64,000 nucleotides of DNA, from positions 62,001-126,000 of the forward strand of contig JAXLNO010000503.1 of the NCBI GenBank assembly GCA_038087875.1, written 5' to 3'. The translations under genes and the position numbers were made by a program. Positions within the stretch are counted from its first letter, which is position 1; each line of letters starts with the position of its first letter. The notes below the pieces were generated by a model. It did no database searches. It saw only the letters and a list, made by a program, of their open reading frames with translations, and was not told the origin of the DNA. Source of the DNA: Malacoraja senta. Taxonomy: Eukaryota. Of this stretch, positions 1 to 12,300 are shown piece after piece.

Positions 1-1933
1 ACCTCGCCGGAATTATGCCGACCTTGCCGGATTTATGGCGACCTGGCCGGAAATATGGCGACCTCGCCGGATTTATGGCGACCTTGCCGGAAATATGGCG
101 ACCTTGCCGGATTTATTGCGACCTTGCCGCATTTGTGTCGACCTTGCCGGATTTATGGTGACCTTGCCGGAAATATGGCGACATTGCCGGAAATGTGGCG
201 ACCGTGCCGGATTTATGGCGACCTTGCCGGATTCATGGCGACGTTGCCGGAAATTTGGCGACCTTGCCGGATTTGTGGCGACTTTGACGGATTTATGGCG
301 ACCTTGCCGGCGATGTGGCGACCTTACCGGATTTGTGTCGACCTTGCCGGATTTATGGCGACATTGCCGGAATTGTGGCGACCTTGCCGGAATTGTGGCG
401 ACCTTGACGGATTTATGGCGACTTTGTGGGATTTGTGGCGACCTTGCCCGATTTATGACGACCTTGCCGGAAATGTGGCGACCTTGCCGGATGCATGGCG
501 ACCTTGCCGGAAATGTGGCGTCATGCCGGATTTGTGGCGACGATGCCGGATTTCTGGCGACCTTGCCGAATTTATGGCGACATTGCCGGAAATGTGGCGA
601 CCTTGCCGGATTCGCGGCGACCTTGCCGGATTTATGGCGACCTTGCCCGGAATGTGGCGACCTTGCCGGATTTATGGCGAAATTATCGGATTAATGGCGA
701 CATCGCCGGAATTATGGCGACGTTGCCCGATTTATGGCGACGTCGCCGGAAATATGGTGACCTCGCCGGATTTATGGAGACCTTGCCGGAAATATGGAGA
801 CCTTGCCGGATTTATGGCGACCTTGTCGCATTAGTGGCGACCTTGCCGGATTTATGGTGACATTGCCGGAAATATGGCGACATTGCCGGAAATATGGGGA
901 CCTTGCCGGATTTGTGGCGACCTTGCCGGAATTATGGCGACCTTGCCGGGAATGTGGCGACCTTGCCGGCTTTATGGCGACATTCCCGGATTAATGGCGA
1001 CCTTGCCGGGAATGTGGCGACCTTGCCGGCTTTATGGCGACATTCCCGGATTAATGGCGACCTTGCCGGAAATGTGGCGACCTTGCCGGAATTGTGGCGA
1101 CCTTGCCGCATTTGTGGCGACCCTGCTGGATCTGTGGCGACCTTGCCGGATTTATCGCGACCTTGCCGGAAATGTGGCGACCTTGCTGGATTTGTGGCGA
1201 TCTTGCCGGATTTATGGCGATCTTGCCCGGAATGTGGCGACCTTGCCGGAATTATGGCGACATTCCCGGATTAATGGCGACCTTGCCGGAAATGTGGCGA
1301 CATTGCCGGATTTGTGGCGACCATGCCGGATATATGGCGACCTTGCCTGAAATGTGGCGACCTTGACGGATTTGTGGCGACCTTGCCGGATTCATGGCGA
1401 CCTTGCCGGGGATGTGGCGACCTTGCCGGATTTATGGCGTCCTAGCCGGATTTATGGCGACCGTGCCGGAAATACGGCGACCTTGCCGGAGTTATGGTGA
1501 CTTTGCAGATTTATGGCGACCTTGCCGGATTTATGGCGACTTTGCCGGATATATGGCGACCTTGCCGGATTTATGGCGACTTTGCCGGACACATGGCGAC
1601 CTCGCCGGAATTATGCCGACCTTGCCGGATTTATGGCGACCTGGCCGGAAATATGGCGACCTCGCCGGATTTATGGCGACCTTGCCGGAAATATGGCGAC
1701 CTTGCCGGATTTATTGCGACCTTGCCGCATTTGTGTCGACCTTGCCGGATTTATGGTGACCTTGCCGGAAATATGGCGACATTGCCGGAAATGTGGCGAC
1801 CGTGCCGGATTTATGGCGACCTTGCCGGATTCATGGCGACGTTGCCGGAAATTTGGCGACCTTGCCGGATTTGTGGCGACGATGCCGGATTTCTGGCGAC
1901 CTTGCCGAAATGTTGCGACCTTGCCGGATTTGT
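1..1933 (+). repeat. 20-bp tandem satellite, domain A (left of L1)
   Basis: Continuous GGCGACCTTGCCGG(A/G)WWTRT monomers with occasional 19-bp units; ends at ...gccggatttgt immediately before AT-rich L1 sequence. Confidence 0.98.
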
Positions 1934-4900
1934 AATTAATATTTTTTTATTGGAGATGCGTACACAACCTAGTTACATCATTACAGTCTTACAGTCTTAC
2001 ATTTTTAAATTGATAATATTGTTAAATATTATTACAATGTCTCCAATACTTTTTTGCTTTTTTTTTTTAAAACTAAATAGAACTAAAGAGAAAGATGAAG
2101 TAAAGAAGAAAAGAAAGAGAAGAGAAAAAAAAATAATAATAAAACAAAAAAAAACCCAAAAAAACAAAAAAATTGAGAAAAGATAGTTAAAGGAGAATGG
2201 AAAAATTTATTAAAATAGAAAACTTCATTCGAGATATATTCGTACATTTCTAGATATAGCATTTCATCCATTCTTTAGCCCGGGTGTTAGTCAGGTTCCT
2301 GTGCTGAACTGTTCTGACCCTTTAGGTAATCAATAAAAGGAGACCATGTTCCAATGAATAATTCCTGTTTGTCCAACAGGGAGAGTCTGATTCTTTCCAC
2401 GTTTAAGGTCTCCGTCATTTCTATAATCCACATTTTGATTGTGGGGGTCGTAGGGCCTTTCCAAAATTTTAGAATTCATTTTTTTCCTGTTATTAAACTA
2501 TAATCAATAAAGTTTCTTTGTGTTGTTCTAAATGTTTGATTTAATTCTAATATTCCAAGTATTATTAATTTTGGGTCTGGGTCCAATTGTGTGCTGGTTA
2601 CTTTAGATATTATACTGAAAATATTTACCCAGAATTGTTTAATTTTTATACAGTTTGCAAACATATGAGATAAGGTAGCTTCTAAATGTTGACATTTATC
2701 ACATATAGGTGAGATATGTTGAAAAATTTTATGTAGTTTTGTTTTAGAATAATGTAACCTATGTATTACTTTAAATTGTATTAGAGAATGTCTGGCGTTT
2801 AATGAACATTGATGTATGTGTTGCAAACTTTCTTCCCAAGTATCTTTCGTTATTATTTGATTTAATTCTTTTTCCCATGTTTGTCTGTGTAAGTCCGTCG
2901 ATGGAATGTCACTGTCTAATAAGATATTATATATATATGATATTAATTTTTCTGTATTAGGATGTTTGTTCCAACATTCATCAAGAATTTCTGAATTTCT
3001 AATTCTAAATTTTGAGTATTTGATTTTACGTAATCTCTAAGTTGAAGATATCTGAAGTAATCATTTCCTCGAAGTCCGTAAGTCTGTTGCAACTCCTGAA
3101 ATGTCAGAAAAGTGCCTTCCTTGTAAAGTTGTCCCATATTTTTAATTCCATAATTCTTCCATTGTGTAAAACCCCCGTCCAACCATGAAGGCTTAAACAA
3201 AGGGTTATTCACAATTGGAAGAAAAAGTGATAAATTATCTAATTTTAAATGTCTTTTTTAATTGTTTCCAAATTCGTATAGCACTAAATATTATAGGGTT
3301 TTCCCTATAAATTTTTTTGTTTAATTTAGACGTAGCAAATAAAATCGAACCGATATCAAAAGGTAAACAATCTTCCTTTTCCATTTTTAACCAGTCTGGT
3401 TGATGATCTATTTCTTCCAACCAGAAATTCATATTTTTAATATTAACTGCCCAGAAATAAAACAAAAAGTTGGGTAAAACCAAGCCTCCATTTATTTTTG
3501 ATTTACACAAATGTCTTTTGTTTATCCTATGATTCTTATAATCCCAGATAAAATCATTAACAATAGAGTCCAGTTTTTTAAAAAAGGTTTTTGCCAGATA
3601 TATCGGTAATGTCTGAAACAGGTATAATATTTGCGGTAAAAAAATCATTTTTATGGCATTAATTTGCCTACCATTGAGATAGGAAGTGTTTTCCAGTATT
3701 GAATATTCTTATGTAGTTTATTTAGTAATGGTGGAAAATTTGCTTTAAATAATGATGTATATTTCTTAGTTATATAAATACCTAGATATTTAAATTTTTC
3801 CTTTACTATTTTAAATGGATATTGTTGTATTATCTGTTTGTTATGTTCCCTTATTGGCATAATTTCACTTTTATTCCAATTTATTCTGTATCCTGAAAGT
3901 GAACCAAATTGGGTTATTAGCTTTAATAAGTTTGGAATACTAATTTCTGGTTTTGTAATATAAATTAATACATCATCTGCATATAGAGAAATCTTATTCA
4001 CTGTGTCCTTTGTGTTATATCCGTGTATTTCCGGATGCCCCCTGACTCTTTCTGCAAGTGGCTCAATAGCGAGCGCAAATAATAATGGAGATAACGGGCA
4101 TCCTTGTCTACAACCTCTAGATAGACTAAATTTAGATGACAACCTTTGGTTTGTAAATATTCTAGCCGTGGGATTTGTATATAACAGTTTTATCCATGTA
4201 CAGAATTTCTCCCCTAACTGCATATTTTCCATCACCGAAAATAAATAAGACCATTCGACCTGATCAAATGCTTTTTCAGCGTCAAGTGAGATTATTGCTA
4301 GATCTTCATTAATATTTCTCTTGGAATATATAATATTAAATAATCTTCTTAGGTTATAATATGAGTACCGTTTCTGAATAAAGCCTGTTTGATCAGGGTG
4401 TATTAATTTATTCATCATTGTACTTAATCTATTCGCTAGTATTTTAGTTAATATTTTCTGATCTGTATTTAAAAGTGCGATTGCTCTATATGATCCCGGG
4501 TCTTCCAGATCTTTATCAGCTTTAGGAATAAGTGTTATTATAGATTCATTTAAGGTGTCTGGAAGTTTCTGTTGAGTATAGATATACTCGTACAACCTTT
4601 GTAAACGTGGACAAAGCAAGTCATGAAATTTTTTATAAAATTCGGAGCCTAAACCATCTGGTCCTACTGCTTTCCCATTTTTTAAAGAGCCGATTGACTC
4701 CTCAATATCTTTTATGGTAATCTCCCTTTCTAATAATTCTCTATCGTTTGAATCTAAACCTTTTAAATTACATTTTAGTAAAAAATCTGCTATTCCTTCT
4801 GATTGTCCTACGGTTTTAGTTGAATAAAGGTTATGATAGTATTGGAGAAATCTATCATTTATGTCCTTGGGCATTTTTAATAATTCTCCTGTCTCTGTTC

Positions 4901-6305
4901 TAATTTTATGAATTATTTTTTCCCCTTCCATTTTTCGTAACTGACGTGCTAATAGTTTTTGTGGTTTGTCTCCAAATTCAAAATGTAATTGTTTGGTTTT
5001 TTGATAAAGTTTTATTACTTGTTCTGAATACATTTTATTTAATTTATATTTCAATACAGCAATTTTATTATGTTTTAAAATAGATGGCGTTCTCGCATTT
5101 TCTATATCTAGTTGCTTGATTTCCCTTTCCAATGTTTGTTGTTTAATCCTGTTCTCTTTATTATAAAATGCTTGAGCGGAAATCAATGTACCACGAACAA
5201 ACGCTTTAAACGTTTCCCACATAAGAGAAGTAGGTGTGTCAGGGTTGTCATTTACCTCAAAAAATATTTGAATCTGTTTAATAATATATTCCTGGCATGA
5301 TCTTTCGTTCAAAATTTGTGGGTTAAATCTCCAATATGTTTGTTTCTCGGACATTCCATTTAATTTAATCATGAATGTTACAGGTGCGTGATCTGAGATT
5401 ATAATGTTATGGTATTTTGAATTATAAATAAATGGGATAAACCTAGAGTCAACCAAAAAATAATCTATTCTTGAGTATGTTTTATGTACTGGTGAGTAAA
5501 ATGAGTATTCCCGTCCAGTTGGGTTTTCTATTCTCCAGACATCTTTAATATTAGTGGTATTAATAAATGAATTTAAAAATACACTTGATTGAGATTTTAC
5601 TTTTTTTTGCCTTGAAGATCTATCTAAGTATGAATCTAATGTACAGTTAAAGTCTCCTCCAATTATTAATTTATATTGTGTAAATTCAGGAATTTTGTTA
5701 AATGTTTTATTAAAAAACATGGGGTTATCAAAGTTAGGCCCATATACATTAAGAAGAATCACTTTTTCTCCATTTAACTCTCCTACTAATATAATATATC
5801 TACCATCTATATCCACTATTGTTGAAGAGTTCGTAAAATGTATTCCTTTACGAATTAGTATTGCAACTCCTCTGGATTTATGGGAAAAAGAGGAATGATA
5901 TGATTCAGCGATCCACTTTGCTTTAAGTCTATGTTGGGATTCCTTTTTAAGGTGCGTTTCTTGGAGGAATATTATATCTGTTTTGATTAGGTTTAGATGT
6001 GCCAAAACTTTACCTCTCTTAATTGGTTCATTGATTCCCTTGACATTCCAGCTACAAAATGTTATTCCCTGGCCCCCTCTTGTCATATTAACATCTTGCA
6101 TATTGTTTCTAAGGTGGTCTATAGCCGAGCAGAGAGTACAACACGTAGAACCTGATCCTGCTACCGAGCTTCAGATAGATGAATATAAAATCATATACAT
6201 CGCTCTTCCGAACACATCTCCTTGTATTAGACTTGTTTTTCCATTCAAACGTTGAGTTATAAAAATATTTAAAGTGAAAGAAGTGATAGAGTTGATTAGT
6301 AAAGG
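1934..6305 (-). mobile_element. L1-clade non-LTR retrotransposon, 5'-truncated (about 200 bp of sequence upstream of ORF2, ORF2, T-rich 3' UTR; no ORF1)
   Basis: AT-rich island in the satellite encoding APE, RT and C-terminal Cys/His domains on the - strand; sense strand ends ...ccAATAAAaaaatattaatt at ~1934-1951. Confidence 0.93.
2287..6101 (-). pseudogene. L1 ORF2 (APE endonuclease + reverse transcriptase + C-terminal CCHC-type motif), disrupted
   Basis: APE motifs SWNVKG, FLQETH, GGDFN, SRIDYF, ISDH. RT motifs SYRAIALLN, SLDAEKAFD, RQGCPLSPLLF, YADD, YLG. C-terminal CDKC-x8-H-x4-C. Open for 816 aa, then three frameshifts (~3665, ~3250, ~3010) and an in-frame TGA at 2476-2478; reading through gives ILKFWKGPTTPTIKMW...WSPFIDYL ending at TAA 2287-2289. 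Confidence 0.93.
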
Positions 6306-9300
6306 GTCCTAGCCGGATTTATGGCGACCGTGCCGGAAATACGGCGACCTTGCCGGAGTTATGGCGACTTTGCAGATTTATGGCAAACTTGCCGGATTTA
6401 TGGCGACTTTGCCGGAACTATGGTGACATCGCCGGAATTCTGGCGACCTTGCCCGATTTATGGCGACCTCGCCGGAAATATGGCGACCTCGCCGGATTTA
6501 TGGCGACCTTGCCGGAAATATGGCGGCCTTGTGGATTTATAGCGACCTTGCCGCATTTGTGGCGACCTGGCCGGATTTATGGTGACCTTGCCGGAAATAT
6601 GGCGGCATTGCCGGAAATGTGGCGACCTTGCCCGATTTGTGGCGACCTTGCCGGATTTATGGCGACCTTGCCGGAAATGTGGCGACCTTGCCGGATTTGT
6701 GGCGACCTTGCCGGATTTATGGCGACCTTGCCGGAAATGTGGCGAACTTGCCGGATTTGTGGCGACCTTGCCGGATTTATGGCGATCTTGCCCGAAATGT
6801 GGCGACCTTGCCGGATTTATGGCGACATTCCCGGATTAATGGCGACTGCCGTAAATGTGGCGACCTTGCCGGATTTGTGGCGACCTTGCCGGAATGTTGC
6901 GACCTTGCCGGATTTGTGGCGACCTTGCCGGATGTATGGCGACCTTGCCGGAAATGTGGCGACCTTGCCGGATTTAACGCGACATTGCCGGAAATATGGC
7001 GACCTCGCCGGATTTATGGCGACCTTGCCGGAAATATGGAGACCTTGCCGGATTTATGGCGACCTTGTCGCACTTGGGGCGACCTTGCCGGATTTATAGT
7101 GACCTTGCCGGAAATATGGCGACATTGCCGGAAATGTGGCGACCTTGCCGGATTTGTGGCGACCTTGCCGGATTTATGGCGACCTTGCCGGAAATGTGGC
7201 GAACTTGCCGGATTTGTGGCGACCTTGCCGGATTTATGGCGACCTTGCCGGGAATGTGGCGACCTTGCCGGCTTTATGGCGAGATTCCCGGATTAATGGC
7301 GACCTTGCCGGATTTATGGCGACCTTGCCGGAAATGTGGCGACCTTGCCGGGTTTGTGGCGACCTTGCCGGATTTATGGCGATCTTGCCCGGAATGTGGC
7401 GACCTTGCCGGATTTATGGCGACATTCCCGGATTAATGGCGACCTTGCCGGAAATGTGGCGACATTGCCGGATTTGTGGCGACCTTGCCGGATATATGGC
7501 GACCTTGCCTGGAATGTGGCGACATTGACGGATTTGTGGCGACCTTGCCGGATTTATGGCGTCCTAGCCGGATTTATGGCGACCGTGCCGGAAATACGGC
7601 GAACTTGCCGGAGTTATGGTGACTTTGCAGATTTATGGCGACCTTGCCGGATTTATGCCGACTTTGCCGGATATATGGCGACCTTGCCGGATTTATGGCG
7701 ACTTTGCCGGATACATGGCGACCTCGCCGGAATTATGCCGACCTTGCCGGATTTATGGCGACCTGGCCGGAAATATGGCGACCTCGCCGGATTTATGGCG
7801 ACCTTGCCGGAAATATGGCGACCTTGCCGGATTTATTGCGACCTTGCCGCACTTGTGTCGACCTTGCTGGATTTAACGCGACCTTGCCGGAAATATGGCG
7901 ACCTTGTCGGATTTATGGCGTCCTAGTCGGTTTATGGCGACCGTGCCGGAAAAACGGCGACCTTGCCGGCGTTATGGCGACTTTGCAGATTTATGGCAAA
8001 CTTGCCGGATTTATGGCGACTTTGCCGGAACTATGGTGACATCGCCGGAATTCTGGCGACCTTGCCCGATTTATGGCGACCTCGCCGGAAATATGGCGAC
8101 CTCGCCGGATTTATGGCGACCTTGCCGGAAATATGGCGACCTTGTGGATTTATAGCGACCTTGCCGCATTTGTGGCGACCTTGCCGGATTATGGTGACCT
8201 TGCCGGAAATATGGCGACATTGCCGGAAATGTGGCGACCTTGCCCGATTTATGGCGACATTCCCGGATTAATGGCGACATTGCCGTAAATGTGGCGACCT
8301 TTTGCCGGATCTGTGGCGACCTTGCCGGAATGTTACGACCTTGCCGGATTTGTGGCGACCTTGCCGGATGTATGGCGACCTTGCCGGAAATGTGGCGACC
8401 TTGCCGGATTTAACGCGACCTTGCCGGAAATATGGCGACCTTGCCGGATTTATGGCGTCCTAGTCGGATTTATCGCGACCGTGCCGGAAATACGGCGACC
8501 TTGCCGGCGTTATGGCGACTTTGCAGATTTATGGCAAACTTGCCGGATTTATCGCGACTTTGCCGGAACTATGGTGACGCGCCGGAATTATGGCGACCTT
8601 GCCCGATTAATGGCGACCTCGCCGGAAATATGTCGACCTTGCCGGATTTATGGCGACCTTGCCGGAATATGGCGACCTTGCCGGATTATGGCGATCTAGC
8701 CGCATTTGTGGCGACCTTGCCGGAATTATGGCGACATTCCCGGATTAATGGCGACCTTGCCGGAAATGTGGCGACATTGCCGGATTTGTGGCGACCTTGC
8801 CGGATATATGGCGACCTTGCCTGAAATGTGGCGACCTTGACGGATTTGTGGTGACCTTGCCGGATTCATGGCGACCTTGCCGGGCATGTGGCGACCTTGC
8901 CGGATTTATGGCGACCTAGCCGGATTTATGGCGACCGTGCCGGAAATACGGCGACCTTGCCGGAGTTATGGTGACTTTGCAGATTTATGGCGACCTTGCC
9001 GGATTTATGGCGACCTTGCCGGAAATATGGCGACATTGCCGGAAATGTGGCGACCTCGCCGGATTTATGGCGACCTTGCCGGAAATATGGCGACATTGCC
9101 GGAAATGTGGCGACCCTGCCGGGTTTGTGGCGACTTTGCCGAATTTATGGCGACCTTGCCGGGAATGTGGCGACCTTGCCGTGTTTGTGGCGATCTTGCC
9201 GCATTTGTGTCGACCTCGCCGGATTTATGGTGACCTTGCCGGAATATGGCGACATTGCCGGAAGTGTGGCGACCCTGCCGGATTTGTGGCGACTTTGCGG

Positions 9301-12300
9301 AATTTATGGCGACCTTGCCGGAAATGTGGCGACCTTGCCGGATTTGTGGCGACCTTGCCGGATTTATGGCGACCTTGCCGCAAATGTGACGACCTTCCCG
9401 GAAATGTGGCGACCTTGCCGGATTCATGGCGACCTTGCCGGAAATGTGGCGACCTCGCCGGATTTATGGCGACCATGTCGGATTTGTGGCGAACTTGCCG
9501 AATTTATGGCGACATTGCCGGAAATGTGGCGACCTTGTCGCATTTGTGGCGACCTTGCTGGATTTGTGGCGACCTTGCCGGATTTATGGCGACCTTGCCG
9601 GAAATGTGGCGACCTTGCCGGATTTGCCGCGACTTTGCCGGATTTATGGCGACCTTGCCGGGAATGTGGCGACCTTGCCGGATTTATGGCGAAATTCCCG
9701 GATTAATGGCGACCTTGCCGGAAATGTGGCGACCTTGCCGGATTTGTGGCGACCTTGCCCGATTAATGGCGACCTTGCCTGAAATGTGGCGACCTTGACG
9801 GATTTGTGGCGACTTTGACGGATTTATGGCGACCTTGCCGGGGATGTGGCGACCTTACCGGATTTATGGCGACATTGCCGGAATTGTGGCGACATTGCCG
9901 GAATTGTGGCGACCTTGCCGGAATTGTGGCGACCTTGACGGATTTATGGCGACTTTATGGGATTTGTGGCGACCTTGCCGGATTTATGACGACCTTGCTG
10001 GAAATGTGGCGACCTTGCCGGATTCATGGCGACCTTGCCGGAAATGTGGCGTCATGCCGGATTTGTGGCGACGATGCCGGATTTCTGGCGACCTTGCCGA
10101 AATTTTGCGAACTTGCCGGATTTGTGGCGACCTTGCCGGATTTATGGCGACCTTGTGGGATTTGTGGCGACCTTGCCGGATTTATGGCGACCTTGCCGGA
10201 AATGTGGCGACCTTGCCGGATTCATGGCGACCTTGCCGGAAATGTGGCGACCTTGCCGGATTTATGGCGACCTTGTCGCATTTGTGGCGAACTTGCCGCA
10301 TTTATGGCGACATTGCCGGAAATGTGGCCACCTTTCCGGATTTGCGGCGACCTTGCCGGATTTATGGCGACCTTGCCCGGAATGTGGCGACCTTGCCGGA
10401 TTTATGGCGAAATTATCGGATTAATGGCGACCTTGCCGGAAATGTGGCGACCTTGCCGGATATGTGGCGAACTTGCCCGATTAATGGCGACCTTGCCTGA
10501 AATGTGGCGACATTGACGGATTTGTGGCGACCTTGACGGATTTATGGCGACCTTGCCGGGGATCTGGCGACCTTACCGGATTTGTGTCGACCTTGCCGGA
10601 TTTATGGCGACATTGCCGGAATTGTGGCGACCTTGCCGGAATTGTGGCGACCTTGACGGATTTATGGCGACTTTGTGGGATTTGTGGCGACCTTGCCGGA
10701 TTTATGACGACCTTGCCGGAAATGTGGCGACCTTGCCGGAGTCATGGCGACCTTGCCGGAAATGTGGCGTCATGCCGGATTCGTGGCGGCGATGCCGGAT
10801 TTCTGGCGACCTTGCCGAAATGTTGCGAACTTGCCGGATTTGTGGCGACCTTGCCGGATTTATGGCGACCTTGTGGGATTTGTGGCGACCTTGCCGGATT
10901 TATCGCGACGTTGCCGGAAATGTGGCGACCTTGCCGGATTCATGGCGACCTTGCCGGAAATGTGGCGACCTTGCCGGATTTATGGCGACCTTGTCGGATT
11001 TGTGGCGAACTTGCCGAATTTATGGCGACATTGCCGGAAATGTGGCGACGTTGCCGGATTTGCGGCGACCTTGCCGGATTTATGGCGACCTTGCCCGGAA
11101 TGTGGCGACCTTCCCGGATTTATGGCGAATTTATCGGATTAATGGCGACCTTGCCGGAAATGTGGCGACCTTGCCGGATTTGTGGCGACCTTGCCCGATT
11201 TATGGCGACCTTGCCTGAAATGTGGCGACCTTGACGGATTCGTGGCGACCTTGATGGATTTATGGCGACCTTGATGGGGATGTGGCGACCTTACCGGATT
11301 TGTGTCGACCTTGCCGGATTTATGGCGACATTGCCGGAATTGTGGCGACCTTGCCGGAATTGTGGCGACCTTGACGGATTTATGGCGACTTTGTGGGATT
11401 TGTGGCGACCTTGCCGGATTCATGGCGACCTTGCCGGAAATGTTGCGAACTTGCCGGATTTGTGGCGACCATGCCGGATTTCTGGAGACCTTGCCGGAAA
11501 TGTGGCGACCTTGCCGGATTTGACGCGACCTTGCCGGAAATATGGCGACCTTGCCGGATTTATGGCGTCCTAGCCGGATTTATGGCGACCGTGCCGGAAA
11601 TACGACGACCTTGCCGGAGTTATGGCGACTTTGCAGATTTATGGCAAACTTGCCGGATTTATGGCGACTTTGCCGGAACTATGGCGACATCGCCGGAATT
11701 ATGGCGACCTTGCCGGATTTGTGGCGACCTTGCCGGATCTATGGCGACCTTGCCTGAAATGTGGCGACCTTGACGGATTCGTGGCGACCTTGATGGATTT
11801 ATGGCGACCTTGATGGGGATGTGGCGATCTTGCCGCATTTGTGTCGACCGCGCCGGATTTATGGTGACCTTGCCGGAAATATGGCGACATTGCCGGAAGT
11901 GTGGCGACCCTGCCGGATTTGTGGCGACTTTGCGGAATTTATGGCGACCTTGCCGGAAATGTGCGACCTTGCCGGATTTGTGGCGACCTTGCCGGATTTA
12001 TGGCGACCTTGCCGCAAATGTGACGACCTTGCCGGAAATGTGGCGACCTTGCCGGATTCATGGCGACCTTGCCGGAAATGTGGCGACCTCGCCGGATTTA
12101 TGGCGACCTTGTCGGATTTGTGGCGAACTTGCCGAATTTATGGCGACATTGCCGGAAATGTGGCGACCTTGTCGCATTTGTGGCGACCTTGCTGGATTTG
12201 TGGCGACCTTGCCGGATTTATGGCGACCTTGCCGGAAATGTGGCGACCTTGCCGGATTTGCCGCGACCTTGCCGGATTTATGGCGACCTTGCCGGGAATG

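Noticed and set aside
1494..2271. ORFs 1494-2186 (hydrophobic plus Lys-rich tail) and 2083-2271 (Phe-rich)
   Set aside because: Read-through into the low-complexity A/T-rich L1 3' UTR.
3651..6101. RT next to a repeat array as a retron, DGR, telomerase-like or other novel RT system
   Set aside because: The protein is a standard L1 APE-RT ORF2, truncated and frameshifted, and it interrupts the array as an insertion. Nothing links it functionally to the repeat.
4003..6255. Short + strand ORFs within L1, and similar antisense ORFs within the CR1 copies
   Set aside because: Antisense shadows of LINE ORF2.
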